Source: Podarcis muralis (taxonomy: Eukaryota). From it: a stretch of DNA of 64,000 bases. Each line of letters starts with the position of its first letter. Position 1 is the first letter of the stretch. Shown one piece after another: positions 22,999 to 34,120 of this stretch. The notes under the pieces were generated by a model, which was not told the origin of the DNA, searched no databases, and saw only the letters and a program-made list of their open reading frames with translations. The position numbers and the translations under genes were made by a program. The stretch is from NCBI RefSeq assembly GCF_964188315.1, contig NC_135668.1, positions 9,362,001 to 9,426,000 of the forward strand. The letters are read 5' to 3'.

Positions 22999-25896
22999 TA
23001 TATGTTAATACGCCACCTTGAGTTCCACCGCAGAAGAAGTAGCAGATATAAATGTAAGTCTCCACTGTTTATGTGTTTGATATTAAAGGAACATTCTGGT
23101 GTGTGTTTAACTCCTTCCCTGCTGGCCACCTCCGTGCCACTGCTTTTCACTCCCCCCCCCCCAGTGTTCCAGATGAATGTTTTACACATCTGGAAACTCA
23201 AAAGGCAAAGCAGTTTGCGGCAAGGATTAAGACACATCCCGTCCTCAACCCTGGGCCGCAAAGTGCAATGGATCACCCACCCTTCATTTTCAGACAACGG
23301 CTTCAACTGCTGAGTAGAAGGACAATTTTAGGGACAAGATTTCTAATTGTCCATCTACTCTGAGGCAAAAGTGGACCAGGAAGTAGTATCCAGGAACTTG
23401 GTCCATTAGTGCAGGGATTTACACTTGCACAACTTCCCCTCCATTCCCACACTATGGCACACCCTTCCCAAATCCACTGCAGAGGCTTGAAGCAACCCAC
23501 ATAACAGATTTAGTTCATATCCATAAGCACTTAAGCACACTTCCACTTGTCCCATGCCTATAAAGCACAGATCCGAGCAGTTTTTCCTTTGCCTCGCTGC
23601 CTTCCCACTTCCACTCTTTAGTGCCAAATCCAAATAAACCGTGACCTGCAGAAAACTCGACTGCCATTTGTTCCAGTTTGATACTAAAGGTCAGGTTTCC
23701 CCGGGGGGGAAGCGGTGGTGCAAACTGAGGTGCGGATGTACCCTTAATCTTTGCTCTACCAGAACAAGTTACTTAGCGCTGTTAGATGCAACCCACCATT
23801 ATTTTGACATAAAAGCAGCTGCGGGTGTGCTCAAGTTTCATCAAAGCAGCAGTGACTAAGGGGGGTGTTTTCTGGTCCAAGTGTCCTCTCCTCAAACTGC
23901 CATTAGCTCTACAGTGGAAATAAACACCAAGGTGTGTTCTTTATGGCAGAGGCTTCAGAGGGGTGATGGGATGGGAAAACAATGTCAGGCCAGAGCCTCA
24001 ATCTAAAGCACTCCTGCACTGGCTGCTTTTATGTAAAAATGAAAGCACTGGGAGATCTTGTGGCACACTTCCTGAGACTTGTGTAGCTTGGCCCTGTGAG
24101 CCTCTTTTTAAGTTTTCCACTATTGCCCTGGCAGCATTTCCAGCTTTCAACACAAGCTTATCAAGGTTTTTTTTATGACAGTACTCACTGGTGCAGAGTA
24201 TGGCAAACTCTCTCTCTCTCTTTCTTTTTTCACCCACAGCCGCCATTTTGTGATGGCACCCATGACACTTTTATCAACATAAAAGTACTGGTACCTCATT
24301 TTTGACCCCCAAAAGTTCTAAAGCTGACCCTTTGCGCATACATGCGCTGGAAACCCAAAACGGGAAGGAGATTTTCAGGAAAGCGGTAGGGGGAATTGAA
24401 ATGGCCCCCAAAACAAGGGTTAGCACATGTGGGCTTCCTTCTCCTGAGGAATATCGCTGGGGGAAGAGAGCATCATGTAGGTGCTGTCACTATGTGGGGG
24501 CGAGATTGGGCACAGAGGGCAGCAGCTTTGGGGGGAGGTGGGTGTTAGCTAGCTTAAATACCCCTTTTCTTTCCCCTAGGGAGATAGTGAATATGAACTC
24601 TCCCTTCCCCACAAAATGATTGTGGTGTGTGTGTGTGTGTGCGCGCGCATGAATTTACCTGTAAACTGCCTAAATTCACATTTTAGAAATTCTATTCTCT
24701 TGAGTTTAACAGCTGTAAAATCCTCTAGTCTGCAGTAAAGGGAGGAGGCCGCGGGGAAGGAAGCACTTCAAGCTTAGCTTACAAAGACGGCACCACATAA
24801 CAAAAAGTGTCCCTTCTATCAGGATGTTACTGTCTCATTGGAAACAGAAGGTACCTTGAGCTCCCAAAAATCCCTACTCAACAGATCCCTCTTCTCGAGT
24901 CATCTCCCATTTTGCATTCTAGTGCTAAGACAGCATTTGCTGGGAGCCCCGCACTTGTGGTTTGGGCCGGAAGTGTGACAAAAGAACCAACGATGTTTTA
25001 AGAAGTTAGAAGCACAAAGGAAGACGAAATGTTTCTCAGATGCAGGGAAGCCATCATAAGCCTTTGTTGTTTTCTACTGGCTCACTCAGGTCAGCTGCTT
25101 CCTTCTGCCCCATCAGCTTCAGCAAAACACGGATTAGGCCCCCCACAAAAACCCCAAAAATAATCAAGGAGGCACTCTTAACTCTTTTAATCACCCCAAT
25201 TACCCAACAGGATGAACTAAAACAACACAACCTATACGTGTTTACTCAGAAGTAAAACAACATAGCTCAGTTGGTTAGGGGAAAAACATACAGTACTTAG
25301 GTATACAGGCATATGCAGGTTGTAGGTTCGATCCCCATAAGGGGGTTAGACTAGATGATCCTCAGGGTCTCTTCTAACTCTTGGATTCTATGAAAAACCC
25401 AGTTGTGTTCGAAGCGCTTGCTTAATATGATGTTTAGGATCACAAACACTAAGGAACACTGTAGCACCTTTAAAAGCTCAGGCGGAAAACCTATACAGGA
25501 GTAGGACCACAGTGGGACTTAGGGGGGGAAGCGTAATTAGGTTTGTTCGCCAAGGTCACCATCCTTATTTCAGAGTAAACACACTTAGAATTGCGGTTTA
25601 ACAAATTCAGGATAGCACAAGGTTTCTTAGGCTAAAGCCTGCTTGACATATTCCACGTCGGCCACTATGGATCTTTTAATTCTTTAGCAGTGCAATGCTA
25701 CATACGCGGCCACCGCGTATATAATTAAAACCCAGCGAGTTTCACGGTGCTAAAGTTTGGGCCACTGGGCACAGGGAGAGGTAACCCGTGTCAAGCTACT
25801 CGTGAGAACGCGCGCCTCTTAACCCGCTCGCGAGGTCTACCCCTGGAAGAGAGCCGAAGGAAAGGGTTGGGCGGGCTGAAACACAGCCTTACTTAC

Positions 25897-25966
25897 TTGG
25901 AGTTGCCTCCAGGATACCGACCAGGAGCACGAGCGCCAAGCACGGGAGCATGAGAGCCTTCGCCAT
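25897..25966 (-). CDS. B2M: Beta-2-microglobulin exon 1 (signal peptide)
   Basis: gccATGG start; MAKALMLPCLALVLLVGILEATP; donor A|gtaagt in phase 1. Confidence 0.93.
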
Positions 25967-26072
25967 GGCAAAAGGTGACTCGCAGCGTCGTATTCAGAGT
26001 CTCGAAACTCGGCGACTGAGACGGCAGAACTCGGCCGAGGGAACTTCACGCCCAGAAATCGCTCCTCGCTGA

Positions 26073-26228
26073 CCAATCACAATAACGCACAGATCACGCA
26101 TCACTAGTAGCCGGGGAGATGTCTCAGCGCAAGCTGGCTGAAAGGCCCCGGGGACTTTCCAGCACATGCGCACTCCCGCCGCTCGATGATTTTTATTTTT
26201 TTGTATACTGTATTTTACTTTCAGTTTC
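26073..26228 (-). promoter_or_regulatory. B2M: B2M promoter: Y box, X1/X2 box, NF-kB site, ISRE
   Basis: On the minus strand: GTGATTGG (26073-26080), GGCTACTAGTGATGCGTGA (26094-26112), GGAAAGTCCC (26151-26160) and GAAACTGAAAGT (26217-26228). Confidence 0.8.
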
Positions 26229-26408
26229 CGTTGCTTGGAAGGCAGGCCAGTTCCGAGAAATGGGAGAAGCGCGGCTGCGGCAACAAAATAACAATTGAAC
26301 CAGGGCCAGAGTGCAAGATGTTTTTTTTATTATTATTTTTATTATTTTTATTATTAATGTTCCACAGGTTCAGATAAAGCCTGATACCTGTTCAGAACCT
26401 GTGGCATA

Positions 26409-26416
26409 ATAATAGC

Positions 26417-26472
<56 letters not shown>
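26409..26472. repeat. (AAT)n microsatellite
   Basis: Seen directly. Confidence 0.97.
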
Positions 26473-26558
26473 TGATAGCACAGAGGTGCTGTGATGGGGC
26501 TCCCTTTGAGGAAAGGTTGCAACGTTTGAGACTTCTTAGTTTAGAGAAAAAGCAGCTA

Positions 26559-26783
26559 CAGTGGTACCTCGGGTTACATACACTTCAGGTTACAGATCTG
26601 CTAACCCAGAAATATTACCTCGGGTTAAGAACTTTGCTTCAGGATGAGAACAGAAATAGTGCTTCGGCGGCGCGGCAGCAGCAGGAGGCCCCATTAGCTA
26701 AAGTGGTACCTCAGGTTAAGAACAGTTTCAGGTTAAGTACGGACCTCCGGAATGAATTAAGTACTTAACCCGAGGTACCACTG
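26559..26783 (+). mobile_element. Tigger-like MITE nested in CR1
   Basis: Same TIR and TA TSD. Confidence 0.9.
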
Positions 26784-26799
26784 TAAAGGGTGACATGAT

Positions 26800-27497
26800 T
26801 TGTTGTTATTGTTTAGTTGTGTCCAACTCTTTGTGACCCCATGGACCAGAGCACACCAGGCACTCCTGTCTTCCACTGCCTCCCGCAGTTTGGTCAAACT
26901 CATGTTTGTGGCTTCGAGAACACTATCCAACCATCTCGTCCTCTGTCGTCCCCTTCTCCTTGTGCCCTCCATCTTTCCCAACATCAGGGTCTTTTCCAGG
27001 GAGTCTTCTCTTCTCATGAGGTGGCCAAAGTATTGGAGCCTCAGCTTCAGGATCTGTCCTTCCAGTGAGCACTCAGGGCTGATTTCCTTCAGAATGGAGA
27101 GGTTTGATCTTCTTGCAGTCCATGGGACTCTCAAGAGTCTCCTCCAGCACCATAATTCAAAAGCATCAATTCTTTGGCAATCAGCTTTCTTTATGGTCCA
27201 GCTCTCACTTCCATACATCACTCCTGGGAAAACCATAGCTTTAACTGTACCGGGGTAGGCAACCTAAGGCCTGTGGACCTTCTCAATCTGGTCCACGGAC
27301 AGTCCAGGAATCAGTGTGTTTTTACATGAGTAGAATGTGTGCTTTTACTTAAAATGCAACTCTGGTTATTTGTGGGGCATAGGAATTTGTTCCTCCCCCC
27401 CCAAAAAAAATATATATATAGTCTGGCCCCCCACAAGGTCTGAGGAACAGCTGAAAAAGGTTGCTGACCCCTGAACTATACGGACCTTTGTCGGCAA
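26800..27497 (-). mobile_element. Bov-B (RTE) LINE 3' fragment, interrupted by a hAT MITE
   Basis: RT C-terminus YGSESWTIKKAD...LKLRLQYFGHLMRR; (CAA)n tail; TSD ggtgacatgat/ggtgacattat. Confidence 0.92.
27251..27473. mobile_element. hAT MITE nested in Bov-B
   Basis: TSD aactgtac/aactatac. Confidence 0.85.
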
Positions 27498-27556
27498 GGT
27501 GACATTATAGAAGTCTATAAAATTACTGTATGCATGGCATGTATAAAATAGATGTA

Positions 27557-27912
27557 GAGCGGGTGGCGCTGTGGGTAAAAGCCTCAGCGCCTAGGGCTTG
27601 CCGATCGAAAGGTCGGCGGTTCGAATCCCCGCGGCGGGGTGCGCTCCCGCTGCTCGGTCCCAGCGCCTGCCAACCTAGCAGTTCAAAAGCACCCCCGGGT
27701 GCAAGTAGATAAATAGGGACCGCTTACTGGCGGGAAGGTAAACGGCGTTCCGTGTGCTGCGCTGGCTCGCCAGATGCAGCTTGTCACACTGGCCACGTGA
27801 CCCGGAAGTGTCTCCGGACAGCGCTGGCCCCTGGCCTCTTAAGTGAGATGGGCGCACAACCCCAGAGTCTGTCAAGACCGGCCCGTACGGGCAGGGGTAC
27901 CTTTACCTTTAC
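27557..27912 (+). mobile_element. Sauria SINE inserted in a CR1 fragment
   Basis: Same subfamily as the 8716 copy; ACCTTT tail. Confidence 0.9.
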
Positions 27913-28475
27913 AATTAACTCATGAACATCCATTGAAGCTGAATGTTGTAAGATTCAGGAAAGAGAGCAGAAATTTCTTATTCACGTAGCACATTGTTAA
28001 ACTGTGGAACTCACTCCCACAAGATGGTTAGAGGCAGTATTGCTTCTGAATACCAGTAAGAACAGGATGCTGGACTAGATGAGCCCATTGGCCTGATCCA
28101 CCAGGCTCTTCTTGTCCTCTTACCTAAGGTGGATGGATGCAGCCGAAAAAAGGGAATATGTACAGATGTTGCAAAAATGGCAGGTGGCAAGATTTATATA
28201 CCACAATAATAATTTAAAAGCTGTTTACATACAATAGCATGAAATATTCGTTAAAATAGCAATGAAACCAGACATTCAAAATTGTAACATTACCAAATAC
28301 AGATAAAACCAACAGCTTTAAAATATACATACTAAAATACGCCATAGTGGAAAGTTCAGTGAAGGTGTCGAGCCAGCGCCCAGCAAGTATGAAAAATGAA
28401 AATTCAATAGCAATCATAAGGAACTGAAAGGACAACTGCCAATATAATGCCATTAGGCGAATCTATGTTGTGACT

Positions 28476-29416
28476 CCTGTACAATGTTACGAGCCTCCAT
28501 CCATAGTTCTTCAGGCACTCTGTCCACCAAATCTAAATCCTTAAACCTGTTCCTCACTTCCACTGTGTATTCATAAGGGATTTGACTTAGATTGTATCTT
28601 ACCGGCCCAGTGGTTTTTCCTACTTTCTTCAGTTTAAGCTTGAATTTTGCTATAAGAAGCTGATGATCTGAGCCACAGTCAGCTCCAGGTCTTGTTTTTG
28701 CTGACTGTATAGAGCTTCTCCATCTTTGGCTGCAGAGAATATAATCAATCTGATTTCGATGCTGCCCATCTGGTGATGTCCATGTGTAGAGTCGTCTCTT
28801 GTGTTGTTGGAAAAGCATGTTTGTGATGACCAGCTTGTTCTCTTGACAGAACTCTATTAGCCTTTGCCCTGCTTCGTTTTGATCTCCAAGGCCAAACTTG
28901 CCAGTTGTTCCTTTTATCTCTTGCCTCCCTACTTTAGCATTCCAATCCCCTTTAATGAGAAGAACATCCTTCTTTGGTGTCACTTCTTTAAGGTGGAAGT
29001 GAAAGCTGGACCATAAAGAAGGCTGATCGCTGAAGAATTGATGCTTTTGAATTACTGTATGGTGCTGGAGAAGACTCTTGAGAGTCCCATGGACTGCAAG
29101 AAGATCAAACGCATCCATTCTTAAGGAAATCAGCCCTGAGTGCTCACTGGAAGGACAGATCGTGAAGCTGAGGCTCCAGTACTTTGGCCACCTCATGAGA
29201 AGAGAAGACTCCCTGGAAAAGACCCTGATGTTGGGAAAGATGGAGGGCACAAGGAGAAGGGGGCGACAGAGGACGAGATGGTTGGATAGTGTTTTTGAGG
29301 TTACCAGCATGAGTTTGACCAAACTGCTGGAGGTAGTGGAGGACAGAGGTGCCTGGCGTGCTCTGGTCCATGGGGTCACGAAGAGTCGGACATGACTAAA
29401 CGACTAAACAACAAAA
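28476..29416 (+). mobile_element. Bov-B LINE insertion with 5' inversion
   Basis: 28476-28995 is the endonuclease region (GDWNAKVG...NQIDYILC) on minus; 28994-29416 is the 3' end on plus; 11-bp TSD atgttgtgact. Confidence 0.9.
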
Positions 29417-29551
29417 ATGTTGTGACTGCGTTTTAAATACATAGTGCAATTCTGTGTGCAGCACCACAAAAGCCTGAGAGAGTTTCCAAGCAGGGCAGCC
29501 AAAATGTTCCAAGAAGCTGGGGCGACTTCCCCCTAGAACAGCTTACTACAT

Positions 29552-29740
29552 TAATAATAAATAAATAAATAAATATTTATACCCCACCCATCTGGCTGGG
29601 TTTCCCCAGCCACTCTGGGCGGCTCCCAACAGAAGACTAAAAACACAATAAAACATCAAACATTAAAAACTTCCCTAAACTAGACTGCCTTCCGATGTCT
29701 TCTAAAAATCAGATAGTTGCTTATTTCCCTGACATTTGAT
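29552..29740 (-). mobile_element. L2 3' fragment
   Basis: Reverse complement of the same 3' end. Confidence 0.8.
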
Positions 29741-29791
29741 GGCGTTTGACATTTGGCGTTTAACCCTCTTCTTCTGGCACAGGATGCCCTA

Positions 29792-29922
29792 CATACAGAA
29801 TCATCGAATGGTAGAGTTGCAAGGGACACCCTGAGGATCATCTAGTCCAACCCCGTGCAATGCAGGAAATCTGGGGATCGAACCTGCAACCTGGACCTTA
29901 TCAGCTCCAACCAGCTGAGCGA
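29792..29922 (-). mobile_element. SINE with tRNA-like head and CR1-type tail
   Basis: gctcagctggttgg...ggttcgatcccc followed by a CR1 3' end; related copies at 25262-25392 (+) and about 10005-10125 (-). Confidence 0.6.
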
Positions 29923-30049
29923 AGCGTTGGTTTGGCTCTCCTTTTATTACCTACATGGGCTTTTCGTTTTTGCATTTTTATGTTACGGACGCAATAAACG
30001 ACAAGAGTGGGAAGATTTCGCCCGGAGCCTAAAAGATACATAAGCGACG

Positions 30050-30670
30050 GTGCCAACCGAGAGGCGAGCCTCGCAAACAGCAGCGATAGCGGTATATTTT
30101 TAAATGAAGCCCAGCAGCTGCTGCCCCTCCCTTAACGAGGCCTCTTCAAAAAGAGGCAGGAATGGGAGACGCCGTCGAGGGAAACGCGCGTCCCCGATGG
30201 CGGAGGGAGGGGAAGCGGCGGCCGGGGCCGCGCAGGATCTGGTAAGCGATTGGCGCCGGATGGATCCCCGGCCTCTGTTGGCGGCCTGGAGCTCCACCGC
30301 CTCCTTGCTTTCTGTGTTTGCAGCTCCTTGAGAGCCGCAGCGAGAGAGTCCCTGCTGGAGCCGCGTTCAGACGTTCCACCAGCGGCTCTGCCCTCCCTTC
30401 GCCCTCCCTCTCTCGGGAAGTCCGGGCGACACGCGTGTTGTTATTTCGGGGCAACGGAAGAGTTTAAGCACGCTTGTTTTAACGAGTTTTTTGGGGGGGC
30501 GGGCGGGATGAGTCCAGTGGGGTTTACACGCGTTGTACACGCGCACGTCGGCATGAGCCTCGCTTGAACACGGAGGTGGGGTTTGCGGAAAGAGTAAAGG
30601 CTGGAGCTGCAAATCCCAGCCAGGTGTTTCGAGGATGGGGGAGGCCCCTGCGCAGTCACTTCTCTCTAGG
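30050..30670. promoter_or_regulatory. PATL2: CpG island at PATL2 exon 1
   Basis: GC- and CpG-rich stretch around the first coding exon. Confidence 0.75.
30197..30241 (+). CDS. PATL2: PATL2 exon 1 (probable start; an upstream in-frame ATG at 30104 is possible)
   Basis: ccccgATGG Kozak; MAEGGEAAAGAAQDL|gtaagc in phase 0, in frame with exon 2. Confidence 0.7.
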
Positions 30671-31820
30671 ACTCGCCCGGGTGCTCTTTATTTTTATTTA
30701 ATAATAATCAATTTTATTTATACCCCGCCCTCCCCAGCCAAGACCGGACTCAGGGAGGCTAACACCAGGTATAAAAACAATTGATTAAAAGACAACTTAA
30801 AAACAAGATTAAAGTATAACATTCAAATGCAGCCTCAATTCAGTAGAAACTCAAATCAAAACCTTTTTGGGGATGAAAACATCAAATCTTCACCAAGGCC
30901 AAGACTGGTCCTATGTGGGCCAGAAAAAAGCCACACCACACAGCCTGATTATTACCTGAAACCAGTGCTTTTTTCTGGGGGATGCATACCCCTAAACGTT
31001 TTGTGAATCTTAAGTTTGGCATCATTGAGGGGCAGTATTTCAATATGAGTAGGAAAATGAGAGTACCCCTAAACATTTTTTTTAGGAAAAAAAGCACTGC
31101 CTGAAACACTTTTGTGTGTTCCTTAAAATGCCTGCAGGCTTACTGTAGTAAAACCCTTCCTGCCACAGTCAAATCTGCTAGCTTTTAACAATGCACGTCT
31201 ACTCAGAAGCAAGTCAGGTAGAGTTCCGCAGGTGTACTTGATAGTGGCTGTACATTCTTGTAGCTTTGGCTTATTTAATTAACAAGATTTGCATGTTGCT
31301 TGATGGTAAGTAAACCTGAACAGTTTACAAAAGCACAAAATGAAACACAAGTTCTCAGTAGAAACAGGTCCTTTAAAACATTCAAAAGAACTTTGGCAGG
31401 TAACATGCCTATAAACAGTCGAAGGGAACAAGGGTAGGGTTTTTTTGGACTGGTCACCTTTGGAAATGACCCAGGGCTGTGTAGGAAATGGTAAGGGGTG
31501 TGTGTGTTTAATTAATAAATCAAATTTCTATAGCATTCTTCATCTGATGATGACAAGGTGGTTTACAATATAAAAAGTGACCAAGAAGGTTTAAAGAGAG
31601 AAAACCATTTCTGGCTGGGTGGTGGGGTCATAGAAGATGTTACATTGGTTACTGTGACTAGATGTTTGGGAGGAACTAGTGTACACTGAACACTATTGCC
31701 ATATTTCAAAACAGTGAAAATCTAGACAGAAAATTTGTTTTTTGCAAAGTTGTTTAGCTTGGGGGGGGGGGCGTCCCAAGAGTTGTTGAGCAGGGCATGT
31801 CCTCCTACTTGAGATTAATA

Positions 31821-32253
31821 CCGTATTTTTCACCCTATAAGACGCACCAGACCATAAGACCATAGTTTTTGGAGGAGGAAAACAAGAAAAAAAAAATTCT
31901 GAATCCCAGAAGCCAGGACAGCAAGAGGGATCGCAGCTCAGAGATCCTGCTTGCTGTCCTGGCTTATGGGATAGCTGTGCACAGCCTCTCCCGGGCAGCG
32001 GCATGAATTCTCCCCCTGCCTGGGAGAGGCTGTGCACGGCTAAGGCTCCCCCAAGAGCCACACTCCCTTTAAAGAGCGTGTGAAGCGTGTGTGTGGCTCT
32101 TGGGGGGCCCAGGAGCCACACACACACTCCATGTGGCTCTTTAAAGGGAGCGCTGAGCAGAGCCTCCCACCTGCATTCGCTCCATAAGACAAACACACAT
32201 TTCCCCTTACTTTTTAGGAGGGGGAAGTGCGTCTTATAGAGCGAAAAATATGG
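31821..32253 (+). mobile_element. Tc2-like MITE (long form)
   Basis: Same TIR with an expanded core. Confidence 0.88.
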
Positions 32254-32819
32254 TAAGTCTCAAGCCTCAAGTCAATGAGGGATACTTAACAGGTGACCTG
32301 TTGCCAAGGGGAGGCCAGACATCTGAGTCTAAATATGGGTGGGTTAGAAACCCAATGTACTTGCTGTGTTCACATCACAGTAAACCATAGATAATGATTT
32401 ACCATGAATGCATAGATGGCTCCTTTCCCACCCCTGTGTGAACAGAGGCAAGAAAAAACAATCTCTAGCTTAATGTTGTGTTGTGTCTGAACTGGAAAAT
32501 GTTTTAGTTCCAAACTGTGGTGTGAAGCCAGGGTTTCTTCTTGGCTTACCAATCACGGTTTGTTTGAAGTGAAAGAACCCTGATTCTGTTCTAACACTAA
32601 TCCAGGGATTGCGGTTTGTTGGCTTTGATAGGAGAGGATGATGTTGGAGCCATACTTGCATTCATGGTTCATAGTTTACCGTGATTGCAGGAACCGGTGT
32701 CGTTGGGTTTGGTTCTGTGTACTTAGTTTTGGAAGAGGTTTCGATACTGTCCATCGGTTTCTCCCACAAGGGAGTTGACAGCAGGATGAGTCCCTTATTG
32801 TTTCTCCATCTCCAACCAG

Positions 32820-32922
32820 ATCCTGGAGGATTACTTTATGATGGAAGAAGAACCTTTGGGTGAGAAGACAGCTGAAGAGGAAGAAATTGATCTTTACGTT
32901 AACTTGACGTTCACTTCAACAG
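32820..32922 (+). CDS. PATL2: PATL2 exon 2
   Basis: ccag|ILEDYFMMEEEPLGEKTAEEEEIDLYVNLTFTST|gtaaga; resembles PATL1 exon 2 (xLED...EEIDxxxxxTF), phase 0-1. Confidence 0.8.
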
Positions 32923-33139
32923 GTAAGAAAGTATTTAAACTGTTCCGGAAATAATAGTATATGCCAACAAAAGCAAAGCAATATTTTCAGGTTTTAAAAC
33001 TCAAAATCCCCTCAATGCAATTCAAAAAAGCGTTGAAGGCGTTTCACTTGAATAAAAGGCTGCATACGCCCCATGCATTTAGCGCAACCCCAAATCCTGA
33101 GAACTAGTTCATCGCTGGCAGAGCTACCATTCCTAGCAC

Positions 33140-33576
33140 CAGGGCTGTCTTAAGTATATCCGGCTCCGTGGTGCAAATATCCCTCCAGAGCCCCACCACA
33201 TTTCCTGCGCCCAGCCTCTGCCTCTTCCCTGGCGCCTGTGCCACGGTGGCCACGGCAGGTGCAGTGGCGTAGCGTGGGTTGTCAGCACCCGGGGCAAGGC
33301 AAGTAATTTGCACCCCCTAACCCATGGATTTGCGCCCCCTAACCCTAACCCCCAGATGTTGCGCCCGGTGTGGCCGGCCCCCCCTGCACCCCCCACGCTA
33401 CGCCACTGGGCAGGTGGAAGCTCTGGGCGCGGCGCTGCTTCGGCGCAGCATGGCGGAGGCGGGCAAGGGCAGCAAGCTGATGCTGGGAGGCGCCGCGTCC
33501 AGCTCCGCCTCTTCCCTGGCACCCTCCAGAACTTGGACGCCCCGCGCCACTTACCTCTATGGGCAAGACGCCCCTG
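33140..33576. mobile_element. GC-rich hAT MITE containing a second hAT MITE (33262-33408)
   Basis: Outer TSD cctagcac; inner TIR CAGTGGCGTAGCGTGGG with TSD ggcaggtg. Confidence 0.85.
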
Positions 33577-33755
33577 CCTAGCACCTTTAGCAAACTACAG
33601 CTCCTACTATTCTTTGAGTGGGTAATATTCTTTAAATGTCCTTTAAATGTCTGGTGTGTTCACAGCCAAAACAAAATTCCAAAAGAATCTACCAAGATTG
33701 ACAATGACAGTGGTGTGCCTCTTCTACAGTGTGCAATTTTTTTGGCTGTCTAAGG

Positions 33756-34006
33756 CATGGGTAGGCAAACTAAGGCCCAGGGGCCAGATCCGACCCAATC
33801 GCCTTCTAAATCCGGCCCACGGACGGTCCGGGAATCAGCGTGTTTTTACCTGAGTAGAAAGTGTCCTTTTATTTAAAATGCATCTCTGGGTTATTTGTTG
33901 GGCAAAGGAATTTGTTCATTCCCCCCTCCCCCAATATAGTCTGGCCACCCACAAGGTCTGAGGGACAGTGGACCGTCCTCCTGCTGAAAAAGTTTGCTGA
34001 CCCCTG
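33756..34006. mobile_element. hAT MITE
   Basis: TSD gtctaagg; same family as the 27251 and 36717-37472 copies. Confidence 0.87.
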
Positions 34007-34120
34007 GTCTAAGGGCCTGCTTCCTGCATTGTAGTTGATTCGCTGTGGCAGGTAAAATGTTGCTGCCCTCTTCCTAAGATCCCTCCTTCTGCTGCTGATC
34101 TGTTCCCCTCACTTCTAAAG

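Larger units (their letters stand above)
26490..28125 (+). mobile_element. CR1 LINE 3' fragment broken up by younger insertions
   Basis: Collinear CR1 pieces at 26490-26558, 26786-26799, 27498-27556 and 27913-28125. Confidence 0.7.

Noticed and set aside
22740-23313. ORFs of 142-188 aa in B2M intron 1 (similar ones at 31693-32196 and 50692-51225)
   Set aside because: They run through Tc2-like MITEs; the shared peptides come from the repeat.
28453-29379. 308-aa ORF suggesting a novel endonuclease gene
   Set aside because: A chance fusion of antisense Bov-B 3' sequence with the inverted Bov-B endonuclease piece.
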